From Bdellovibrionales bacterium (GTDB taxonomy: Bacteria; Bdellovibrionota; Bdellovibrionia; Bdellovibrionales; DASUEL01), in contig JBFWOZ010000003.1 of assembly GCA_050250255.1 (NCBI GenBank), positions 68,239 to 132,238 of the forward strand: 64,000 bases of DNA. Direction: 5' to 3'. Positions 9,622-17,827 of this stretch are shown piece after piece. How positions within the stretch are numbered: the first letter of the stretch is position 1; each line of letters starts with the position of its first letter. The position numbers were made by a program, and so were the translations under genes. Under the pieces are notes generated by a model. It was given only the letters and a program-made list of their open reading frames with translations. It was not told the origin of the DNA and did not search any database.

Positions 9622-11118
9622 ATGAAAGTGCATTCACTGGTTCAATGGGGTTTAGGATTTAGAAAAATAGAAGTCGAAGTGAATTTGGCTCCTGGTTTAC
9701 CAACCATGCAGATTTTAGGTCAGCCCGATAAGGTGATTAAAGAAAGTGCCTGGCGAATTCGCTCGGCGTTTGATCGGCAGGGCTTTCAGTGGCCAACAAG
9801 TCGGCAGATCTTAGTGAATCTGAAACCTTCTCACATAAAAAAAGTGGGTTCCGGTTTGGATTTAGCCATTGCTTCTGCTCTTCTTTGGGAGACGGGGCAA
9901 GTTCCGGTTCCTGAAGAGGCTGTGCCTCTTTTGTATGGCGAATTGAGTTTAACGGGAGACGTTTCTTGCCCACCGCATTTTGTGGATTATCAGTCAGAAA
10001 CAAAAAAGGAATACATTTATACCGGAAAGACAGAACAAAAATTTCCCTTCGGTAGCTTGCAAATTTCTCAGCTATCGGATTTAGGAAATCCATTGAGGCA
10101 AGACGCTGATTGGAGTTCGCTCGTGGTAGATAGACCAGAACATGGTGAGTGGAAATTTTCTCGCGAGCTCGCAAAGATTATTGCGATTGTTGCGCACGGA
10201 GAGCATTCTGCGCTCTTCGCGGGACCCGCTGGAACCGGAAAGACGACCGTCGCGCACGCGATCTGGAGTCTTCTACAAGAACCTGCAAAGAAAGACGTGT
10301 TGCTACTTCGCCAAATCGCGAGACGCTTTGGACAAACTCTCTCTTGGCGGCCTTTTGTGAATCCCCATCACTCTATGCCTCAGCTATCTTTGATTGGCGG
10401 TGGAAATTCTCCCAGGCCCGGTGAAATTACAAGAGCTCATGGAGGAGTTCTTCTTTTTGATGAACTTTTAGAGTTTCAACCAAAAGTCTTAGAGAGTTTG
10501 CGAGAGCCGATGGAATCGGGGATGGTAAGTATCAGTCGAGGATCTGAAGTAGAGGTTTATCCGAGCCAGTTTTTGTTTTTGGCGACGACAAACTTGTGTC
10601 GCTGTGGGGAATTTGTTCCGGATCGATGGAACCGTTGTCGTTGTACAGATCGCTCACGAATGCAGTATCAAGAAAAACTCTCTGGCCCAATTTTAGATCG
10701 CATTTCGGTGAAAGTTCTATCACATGAATGGCAGCAGGGCCCTCAAGAAATTCTATCGAAGGACATTCTAAAAAGATTAGAAAAATCTCGAGCTTTTATT
10801 TTGGAATCTCGAGCACAGGTACGCCGCAATTCCTCGCTCTCCTTGCAGGATCTTGAACCTATGCTTACAAAAAGCAGTCTCTTTGGCGTGAAGAACGGCG
10901 TGATCGGTTCTCATAGGCGTTATCTACAATGGCTTCAGGTAGCTCGAAGTGTGGCTGATTTAGAGAGTTCCTTAATGATTGAACCCCATCACCTGGAAGA
11001 AGCTCGCAAATTAGGGTCTTTAGAACTCCATAGACCTCTGTGTCAGCCCCCAATAAAGCCCGTAAGAAAGAAAACGAAGACCTCATCTGAGTTGACTCAA
11101 AGCACAGACTCAGTTTAG
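9622..11118 (+). CDS. comM: YifB/ComM family Mg-chelatase-like AAA+ ATPase
   Basis: VNLKP..KKVGSGLDLAIA, Walker A GPAGTGKT, PHHS, PGEITRAHGGVLLFDE, Cys cluster, LSGPILDR. Confidence 0.9.
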   Translation: MKVHSLVQWGLGFRKIEVEVNLAPGLPTMQILGQPDKVIKESAWRIRSAFDRQGFQWPTSRQILVNLKPSHIKKVGSGLDLAIASALLWETGQVPVPEEAVPLLYGELSLTGDVSCPPHFVDYQSETKKEYIYTGKTEQKFPFGSLQISQLSDLGNPLRQDADWSSLVVDRPEHGEWKFSRELAKIIAIVAHGEHSALFAGPAGTGKTTVAHAIWSLLQEPAKKDVLLLRQIARRFGQTLSWRPFVNPHHSMPQLSLIGGGNSPRPGEITRAHGGVLLFDELLEFQPKVLESLREPMESGMVSISRGSEVEVYPSQFLFLATTNLCRCGEFVPDRWNRCRCTDRSRMQYQEKLSGPILDRISVKVLSHEWQQGPQEILSKDILKRLEKSRAFILESRAQVRRNSSLSLQDLEPMLTKSSLFGVKNGVIGSHRRYLQWLQVARSVADLESSLMIEPHHLEEARKLGSLELHRPLCQPPIKPVRKKTKTSSELTQSTDSV

Positions 11119-11182
11119 TTTGATCCCTTCCCGCGGATATCTGATATCACGCTGTCGGATATCTGGTATCTGATAAATTTAG

Positions 11183-11256
11183 GGTGGCGTAGCCAAGTGG
11201 CTAGGCACCGGTCTGCAAAACCGTCTACGCGAGTTCGATTCTCGCCGCCACCTCCA
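11183..11256 (+). tRNA. tRNA-Cys(GCA)
   Basis: GGTGGCG/CGCCACC acceptor stem, U73 discriminator plus CCA, anticodon loop CTGCAAA, GTTCGATTC T-loop. Confidence 0.95.
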
Positions 11257-11416
11257 AACTTCTCTGACTATAGTTTCAAAAACTGAAGTAAGTACTGAAA
11301 TTCAAACAACAATGGATTCAATAAGTTACAGAATTCAGGTCGTCGAAAAATAACAAAAAATAATGAAAGATAATGGGCTCTTCCCCAAAACTCCATTCAC
11401 TTCGAATGGAGTTGTC

Positions 11417-12265
11417 TCAACGACAGCCCATCGTTTTGATAATTTTATGTTCGGGAGCAATATAAATAACAAATTCAAGATCCTCTTTTTTATCCTCTAT
11501 TCTGATAAACTCTATTTCAAAATCCGACGCAATTTCGACCATATTATAGTGCTTTAGAATTCTGGTATGATGCCATCCACTTCCACTGCTCTTGGAAAAG
11601 CCATATAAGCGACATAGAAAGTCTCGATCAAGTGTTTCTCCAGACCAGTTGTGAAGATAAAATGAACCAAGGCGTCCAATTGTCACCGAAGGATTTGAAA
11701 TTACAAGAGTCCCATCAAGAAGTTTCGTAACGAAATCAATGTGTAGTTGTACGCCCTGAACATTTGGGTCATTAAATTGAACTAATGATGGATACGATGC
11801 TGGGGTCGCACTAAAAACCTGGTTCCAGTTATTTCGAACTTCCGTACCCACTTGATAGCGATCTTGAATTCCCAAGAGTCCGCTAATTTCTATGCCGACG
11901 GTTACGTATTTATCTATAATAGTTCCTGAGATCCAGCGATTACGGTCTATTTTGATGGACAACTCTTGACGATCAAAAAGAGCATCCTTTGGATTTCCAC
12001 TTTCATCGAACAAAGGTTCGTTCGAAAAAATCAATTTCGCTTTACCGAAACTATTAAGACTGGTTTGAATCTTCTCAACTACATTAAGACATGTGGTTGT
12101 AGAAATAGAAGGGTGTTTCTTTTGGGTGCCCATCCAAATGCAAATCTTATCAGCGGCAATTAAAAACTCTGTAGCCGCCGGATCACCGCCTCCTCTGCCT
12201 TGGTCCGCATAAGTAATTGATCCGAATAAAAAAGCTACTAAAGCTAAGCCTTTTGTTATTTTCAT
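11417..12265 (-). CDS. Hypothetical exported protein
   Basis: Signal peptide MKITKGLALVAFLFGSITYA followed by a GxGGGD motif; ATGA overlap with the upstream HTH gene. Confidence 0.7.
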   Translation of the reverse strand: MKITKGLALVAFLFGSITYADQGRGGGDPAATEFLIAADKICIWMGTQKKHPSISTTTCLNVVEKIQTSLNSFGKAKLIFSNEPLFDESGNPKDALFDRQELSIKIDRNRWISGTIIDKYVTVGIEISGLLGIQDRYQVGTEVRNNWNQVFSATPASYPSLVQFNDPNVQGVQLHIDFVTKLLDGTLVISNPSVTIGRLGSFYLHNWSGETLDRDFLCRLYGFSKSSGSGWHHTRILKHYNMVEIASDFEIEFIRIEDKKEDLEFVIYIAPEHKIIKTMGCR

Positions 12266-13059
12266 TTTTCTTTTCCTTTCGTTTGAGTCAATGGGTAAAA
12301 ACAAATTCCCAATTGATAAACTTGATTAGATTGAACTTTTTCTCTTTGTAAAAACCCACTAAATTTTCGACGAAAGTCGTTGAGCATCTTTTTAGCCTTT
12401 GGTAGATCGGCCATAGCTATCGCTACCGTACTGCTGATGTTATGCCGACTCTCTTTTTGTACATTCTCAAGAGCTTCAATACCCATGGTGAGGATTTGCT
12501 TTTGATATTTACGAAGAGCCGAATTCGTAAATGAGGTTTCAATTCCAACTTCCGTACGATCCGCATGGCTTATCCACATACCGCTCTTTGGTATTTCTAT
12601 AAGATCAAGACGTTCAAGTCTTTCAAGTGCAATTGTGACTTGGCTTACCGTAATCTTGAGTTGTTTCGCAATCCACTTTGGATCATTTTGGAAAGTCTCG
12701 AGTCTCATCAATTCAAGAATTGCGTCGTGATACCATTCAGACATCACAATAAATGAATCAATAGAAAGGTCTTGAATACCCTGACGAGAACCATCCTTAT
12801 TTAATTTACTTCGAAAAGGTTCAATCTCTTGTGGACCTAAATCTAAAGCGTTCGCTAAGGTTATTAGCATTTTTTCACTAAGGGAGCGTTTTCCGCGCAA
12901 CAGCTGCGACAAAGTGCTGTGATCAATCTTTAAAGCCTGAGCAAAAGCTCTGAGTGAATAACTCGGATTTTTTTCGCAACGGCGTAGTAGCTCCAATTGA
13001 AGATACTGTCGAAAATTTTTAGTACTTAGCGAACCTTGCCGCTTCTCGGTATATTCCAT
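12262..13059 (-). CDS. TIGR02147/DUF4423-type HTH protein
   Basis: NPSYSLRAFA..L....STLSQLLRGKR HTH, EWYHDAILEL, WIAKQL, VYQLGICFYPLT; start MEYTEK preferred over the ORF-track start 13110. Confidence 0.85.
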   Translation of the reverse strand: MEYTEKRQGSLSTKNFRQYLQLELLRRCEKNPSYSLRAFAQALKIDHSTLSQLLRGKRSLSEKMLITLANALDLGPQEIEPFRSKLNKDGSRQGIQDLSIDSFIVMSEWYHDAILELMRLETFQNDPKWIAKQLKITVSQVTIALERLERLDLIEIPKSGMWISHADRTEVGIETSFTNSALRKYQKQILTMGIEALENVQKESRHNISSTVAIAMADLPKAKKMLNDFRRKFSGFLQREKVQSNQVYQLGICFYPLTQTKGKEK

Positions 13060-13098
13060 GTTGCAGAGATTAAAGGCAGACACGTCAAACTGCAATCG

Positions 13099-13134
13099 AT
13101 TTTGCCCCAAAGTGGGGCAAAATATACTGCCCCA
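13099..13134. promoter_or_regulatory. Palindromic operator candidate
   Basis: ATTTTGCCCCA-AAG-TGGGGCAAAAT perfect 11-bp arms plus a third TGCCCCA half-site at 13128-13134. Confidence 0.5.
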
Positions 13135-13298
13135 CCAATTTTTTTCATAGTACCGAGCGGTGCGTTTGCAACAGAGGCTTCAAAAGTATCTAAAGGATAC
13201 CAAAAGCATAATCATGTACAGATGCGCACTTAACCACTGGTTTGATGACTATCGCTGTGGTTCTAAAAGTTCAGATCTGAAGACCAAGTATAAGAGTG

Positions 13299-13562
13299 TC
13301 ACGCACTCCTAGATTTCATGGCGCGATCTAAATCATACGTCGCTTGAAAGTTCATCCATAATTTAGCGGAAGTTCCCAATGCTTGGGCCAAGTCGAGAGC
13401 TGAATCGGCAGTGATTCCACGTTTGCCTTTAATCAATTCATTGAGTTTGGCTTTCGTCCATTTTAATTTTTTTGCAAACTCGGCTTGAGTCATACCCATA
13501 GGTTCGAGAAATTCTTCAAGAAGCATTTCTCCAGGGTGGAATGGATTTTTCGGTTGTTTCAT
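13299..13562 (-). CDS. higA: HigA-family antitoxin (XRE HTH)
   Basis: HPGEMLLEEFL, LNELIKGKRGIT, WMNFQATYDL. Confidence 0.92.
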   Translation of the reverse strand: MKQPKNPFHPGEMLLEEFLEPMGMTQAEFAKKLKWTKAKLNELIKGKRGITADSALDLAQALGTSAKLWMNFQATYDLDRAMKSRSA

Positions 13563-13570
13563 AAGCTCTC

Positions 13571-13864
13571 CTATCTATGGTAGTCTAATATCTTTACTTC
13601 GCTTGCTCTGTCTTCGGACCATTTAAAAATTACTCTCCATTGATCATTAATTCGAATCGAATAAAAGCCGTGCAAGTCGCCCTTCAATGCTTCTAACCGA
13701 TTGCCTGGCGGAACTCGAAGGTCTGTTAAGTTATCAGCTTCATGCAAATACAAAAGCTTTCTGCGTGCAACCCGAAAAAGTTCAGCAGGGAAGGCTCTTG
13801 TTTGCTTTGACTTTTTATCGTCAAAAAGGTCTTGCGCGAGTTGATTGCCAAAGCTGATAATCAT
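13571..13864 (-). CDS. higB: HigB-family (RelE/ParE) mRNA interferase toxin
   Basis: MIISF, RVPPGNRLEALKG, YSIRINDQWRVIFKW, DYH; toxin precedes antitoxin. Confidence 0.92.
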   Translation of the reverse strand: MIISFGNQLAQDLFDDKKSKQTRAFPAELFRVARRKLLYLHEADNLTDLRVPPGNRLEALKGDLHGFYSIRINDQWRVIFKWSEDRASEVKILDYHR

Positions 13865-13865
13865 G

Positions 13866-13899
13866 TTCCGATATTATCGGAATTCGATAATTATTGCAA
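13866..13899 (-). promoter_or_regulatory. higBA promoter/operator
   Basis: Overlapping palindromes TTCCGATA-T-TATCGGAA and ATTATCG-N5-CGATAAT; minus strand TTGCAA-N17-TAATAT ends just before the ATG, so possibly leaderless. Confidence 0.55.
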
Positions 13900-14055
13900 G
13901 AATTTTTTAAAGTTTGGCAGAATCTTGGATTTGAGGGTTTAACTAGACGTAACTACTCATAATTCGACACCACCTCCATAATAGAACCACCACACCTAAC
14001 TGTTAAAATCTGGTTTTATCTTGATTAGATTATTTCGTCGTCATAGTTTGCGCGC

Positions 14056-15084
14056 ATGAAACGGCTTCAAACAGTATTCTGCCTTCTTGTTTTTTTTTCT
14101 ATCTTCAATGCTCAGGCGAAGCTTGCGGTGTGGAGTGAGTTTCTTGATGCCGAAAAAGTAGAACGACATTTCGAGTTTCTAAAAGTTCATCATATCGATC
14201 TCCACCTTGCCGTGCGATCTCACGAGATATCACAACCCGGGCTTTTTGGTTTTATTCGTAAGGCTCAGCAGCAGGGAATTGAAGTGCGACCTTGGATTCT
14301 TTTAGAAGAGGAAAAAGGCTATTGGGCCAACGTTTGGAATGCTGAAGAGTTTCGACAAACGGTGCTCTATTTTCTGACTCGTGCAAAAGAAGAGAGAGTT
14401 CCCGTCAAATGGATTTCCATTGATCTCGAATCGCCGCCCAGACAGTTAAAAGCTGCGGCTGCGTGTTTGTCTCATAAAGACATTTGGTGTGCCTCCAAAG
14501 TGTTTTCAGAAAATCAAAACTCTTTTGTTTTCTGGAAGGCCCACGCAACTTTTCAAAAAATGATCGACGACGTCCATCGTCTGGATGTGAAACTTCATGC
14601 GGTGACGGCTCCGATGGTGCTTCATGATTTTGCGGATGGCTTACCGCAGTTTCAATTTCTCTTTGGTGTACCTGTCCAGGGCTTGGATTGGGATGAACTG
14701 TCCTTTATGGTTTATCGTCCCGAATTTATAAACCTGCTAGGGCCTATTGGTTCTGACATTGTTTACGAATACGCTAAAATGGCGAAACGGTATGTTGGGG
14801 CTAAAGCTGCCATTGATCTGGGAGAGATCGGTTCCAGCGTCTTTCCTATCCCGGTCAAAGGCTTTCAGAAGCCTGAGGAATTGATTTCAGATTTAAGAGC
14901 TGTAAGAGAGGCGAGGATCACGGAGATCAACCTCTATTCTCTCGATGGCTTATCTACCATGCCGAATCCTGATCTATGGATTCAAACCACCGGGACAAAC
15001 ACACCAGCGCCTAGTTGGAAAACGAAATTTTATTTTTCCGTTATCCAGTTTGTTAAAAAATGGCTGCCACTCCCAGGCAGATAG
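14056..15084 (+). CDS. Hypothetical exported protein, possible TIM-barrel hydrolase
   Basis: Signal peptide ending AQA; alternating beta/alpha pattern with SIDLES, ELSFMVYR, AIDLG. Confidence 0.6.
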   Translation: MKRLQTVFCLLVFFSIFNAQAKLAVWSEFLDAEKVERHFEFLKVHHIDLHLAVRSHEISQPGLFGFIRKAQQQGIEVRPWILLEEEKGYWANVWNAEEFRQTVLYFLTRAKEERVPVKWISIDLESPPRQLKAAAACLSHKDIWCASKVFSENQNSFVFWKAHATFQKMIDDVHRLDVKLHAVTAPMVLHDFADGLPQFQFLFGVPVQGLDWDELSFMVYRPEFINLLGPIGSDIVYEYAKMAKRYVGAKAAIDLGEIGSSVFPIPVKGFQKPEELISDLRAVREARITEINLYSLDGLSTMPNPDLWIQTTGTNTPAPSWKTKFYFSVIQFVKKWLPLPGR

Positions 15085-15173
15085 TCATATAGAGACAGAA
15101 AATCGATAGACGCCTCTAGGAAGTTGTTTAAAGCTTAGCCCATGTCTTTTACGTGAATTTTTGTTAATCCCTT

Positions 15174-15683
15174 TTGCATTCCTTGAGGTGGCTTAAAATC
15201 AAGTATAAGTTGTGGGCTCTTGGAGGAATTTTTATGAAAATTATTTTGAGCTTTTTAATCCTTGTAACAGCTATTGTTTCTCAGGCCTCTGGTGTTGAGA
15301 GCATTCAATGTAAAAACGAGCGAATAGAAATTGCGTTTCAACTACAATACGACGAATCTGTTGGCTCAATTTCATTGAAAAATCTTACTACGCAAGACGC
15401 TCTTTCTTTAGATCTTAAGTTGGATCCTGTTTCTGAGAAGTCACCCTACAATGTGTATTCTCAGCGTGATATCGCTGCAACTCAAAGAAGTTACAACTCA
15501 ACTCTCGTGTTGAGAATTCCTAAAACAAGAAATGCGACTTTTAAAGCCTCTCTTGAAGACCGTGATTATGATGACGATTATGAATCAGGCTACCGACTTC
15601 AAGATAAAGGTCCCGACTATAACGGATATGTTCTCCGCTCCGGTTGGTCAGATATAGAGATTTCTTGTACATCTTCTCATTAA
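15174..15683 (+). CDS. Hypothetical exported protein
   Basis: GGAGG RBS before MKIILSF (true start probably 15234), signal peptide, terminal Cys pair. Confidence 0.6.
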   Translation: MHSLRWLKIKYKLWALGGIFMKIILSFLILVTAIVSQASGVESIQCKNERIEIAFQLQYDESVGSISLKNLTTQDALSLDLKLDPVSEKSPYNVYSQRDIAATQRSYNSTLVLRIPKTRNATFKASLEDRDYDDDYESGYRLQDKGPDYNGYVLRSGWSDIEISCTSSH

Positions 15684-15707
15684 GATTTTTTCAGAATTAA
15701 ATGTTTT

Positions 15708-15740
15708 AAAAAGCCAGTTCATTCGCGCTGGCTTTTTTTT
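15708..15740 (+). terminator. Rho-independent terminator
   Basis: AAAAAGCCAG...CTGGCTTTTTTTTT hairpin with U tract. Confidence 0.75.
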
Positions 15741-15789
15741 GTCTTCAGATTGCTCGGGATCCTATACCATCATCTTGAGATGAGAACAT

Positions 15790-15819
15790 AAAAAAGCCAG
15801 CTCGGAGGGAGCTGGCTTT
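15790..15819 (-). terminator. Rho-independent terminator
   Basis: AAAAAAGCCAGCTC-GGAGG-GAGCTGGCTTT downstream of the 15842..16561 gene. Confidence 0.75.
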
Positions 15820-15841
15820 AAAAGAAGATAAGCAAACGAGA

Positions 15842-16561
15842 TTAAAGTGTATGACCGAGAGCCATTTGAAGCTGTTGACGCTGAACAGGGTTTGCATCGC
15901 CGAGCTTTTTACCTTCAGTAGCGATTGAAAGTCTGACGGGTTCGTCCACTCCGTTAAGTCCCCAAACAACATTCACAATTTTTGCGGCTCTTGTTGGGCT
16001 ACAACCAGAGTAGGCGAGAATCATGGCAAATACTGATGGCCCACGGTGTTTCATTCCGTTGCAACCGAAGGCGATATACTTATGATCTGCAAGACACGAG
16101 AGATAGCTAGTGCGAGCGTTCGCAAACTGATCTTTCAATTTTGTCCCGTATTCGCGAGGACCACTTGTAGTCGTCAAATCTTTTGGATTTGTAAGGTAGA
16201 TGTGAGTGAAATCTTCTTCGGCTTCATCATTCCCTTTGTTGTAGTACCATGTGCAGTAATTTTGGCTTGCACTTGCTGTAGAGCGAGCTGCCGCAAAATT
16301 CTTGATGGCCTTTGCGTCAGAATTACCTACACCGAGTCCTAAGATGGTAATGTTCCCCACTTTAAAGAGGTGAGCATTGTCCATATCTTTTAAGTCCGCT
16401 TTTACTTCTTTTTCCAAAAAAGTTTTTGGATCGCAGTAAGCGGGTTCACCTGGATCTAAAACTTCTTTTTCGGTTGGGGGTTTTACTTTTCCAGAACCCA
16501 TTGCGTGGCCTTGTGAGGTCATCACAAGGGAAAGTGTGAATATTAATATGAGAGTTTTCAT
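15842..16561 (-). CDS. Exported protein with a CX5R (PTP-like) motif
   Basis: Signal peptide, AAGGAGG RBS, IAFGCNGMKHRGPSVFAMIL. Confidence 0.6.
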   Translation of the reverse strand: MKTLILIFTLSLVMTSQGHAMGSGKVKPPTEKEVLDPGEPAYCDPKTFLEKEVKADLKDMDNAHLFKVGNITILGLGVGNSDAKAIKNFAAARSTASASQNYCTWYYNKGNDEAEEDFTHIYLTNPKDLTTTSGPREYGTKLKDQFANARTSYLSCLADHKYIAFGCNGMKHRGPSVFAMILAYSGCSPTRAAKIVNVVWGLNGVDEPVRLSIATEGKKLGDANPVQRQQLQMALGHTL

Positions 16562-17157
16562 GAGCGCCTCCTTGGCTGTGTTTGAAAACGTTTCCGGGAT
16601 GGAAGACCTAGATGAGGATCACTTTGGTTGTTCATTTATTAATTTCATTCTAGAAAAAAAAGTGTCCGACCGTGCACGACAAAAAATAAAACTAGTCATT
16701 GTGCCGAAGTGCGATTTTTACAGTTTTCGATTAGAAAAATTAATATCCATACTTTCGCCGCGTGCAAATTGACCCATTTAAGTCGAGTTGTGATTTAAAT
16801 GATTTCCTCGAGAGAAAAAATATTTTGTTCGAGGGAGGGGCTGAAATGTTTTTTTACAGAAACATTTCAGCTTTGTAAGGTTCACTAGACTAGATTTTCA
16901 AATTTCTGCTCGAGTTGGGAGTTTTCAAACAAAGTTCGTTCATGTGTTGGTGAAAAAAAATTCATTTATTTGTGCCTGCAGGATGAGGGTGGATGTTCAA
17001 AATGTAGCGATTGGTGAATCGAGTTTTTGCAAAGCAGAGGTTTTTCGATCATGTATGAGAAATTGAAGTAAGAGCTTGTAATAGGGGTAGGTGAGTTATT
17101 TCAAAGCCCTGAGAATCTTAGGGTTCAAGGTCGAGTCGAGAATATAAGAAAAACGCA

Positions 17158-17186
17158 TTGACTTACGCATAACTTACGCACATACT
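17158..17186 (+). promoter_or_regulatory. lexA promoter with tandem ACTTACGCA repeats
   Basis: TTGACT-N17-CATACT; the spacer holds ACTTACGCA twice with 11-bp period. Confidence 0.55.
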
Positions 17187-17194
17187 ATGGATGT

Positions 17195-17827
17195 ATGAAA
17201 ACAGACTCTTCCTCTCCTCCTAACAACCTGACCCCCAAACAGAAGAAGGTTCTGGACTTCATTCAAGACTTCTTGCGCGAGAGGGGCTACGGCCCCTCTC
17301 AGCAGGAGATCGCTCGTCACTTCGGGTTCAGTTCACTAGGCACCGTACAGAATTACCTCGTGCGTTTAGAGCAGAACGGTTACCTCTCCCGCTCTTGGAA
17401 TGCAAAGCGGGGCCTGACTCCGACCTTTAATGAAAACAGTCTTCCCCTTTTAGGTCACGTAGCGGCGGGGAAACCCATCGAAAGTCTATTGAATGATGAA
17501 CGCATCGAAGTTCCGCCTTTCATGTTGGAGAAACTAAGAAAAGATCCAGATAACTTATTTGTTTTAAAAGTTGTGGGTGATTCCATGCTCCAAGACGGCA
17601 TTCTTGAAGGTGACTACGTGATCATACGAAAACAAAAGACGGCCGAGAGCGGACAGAAGGTTGTAGCCCTTATCGAGCACGGAGCGACGATCAAAAGATT
17701 CTTTAAACTTCGTGATCGTATCGAACTTCACTCTGCAAATCCTCAATATGCTCCCATTGTTGTACGTCCCCATGATCCTTTTGAAATTGAAGGTCTATTC
17801 GTGGGCTTAATCCGTGTCGAACAATAA
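17195..17827 (+). CDS. lexA: SOS repressor LexA
   Basis: Winged HTH (GYGPSQQEIA..FG), Ala-Gly cleavage site VAAG, catalytic Ser (GDSM) and Lys (TIKR). Confidence 0.95.
   Translation: MKTDSSSPPNNLTPKQKKVLDFIQDFLRERGYGPSQQEIARHFGFSSLGTVQNYLVRLEQNGYLSRSWNAKRGLTPTFNENSLPLLGHVAAGKPIESLLNDERIEVPPFMLEKLRKDPDNLFVLKVVGDSMLQDGILEGDYVIIRKQKTAESGQKVVALIEHGATIKRFFKLRDRIELHSANPQYAPIVVRPHDPFEIEGLFVGLIRVEQ

Larger units (their letters stand above)
11242..13978. mobile_element. Putative degenerate genomic islet at the tRNA-Cys 3' end
   Basis: TCGCCGCCACCTCCA (11242-11256) recurs as TCGACACCACCTCCA (13964-13978, 13/15); interval is AT-richer and carries HigBA; no integrase inside. Confidence 0.5.

Noticed and set aside
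9622..11118. comM interrupted by a mobile element
   Set aside because: The reading frame is continuous with all motifs present
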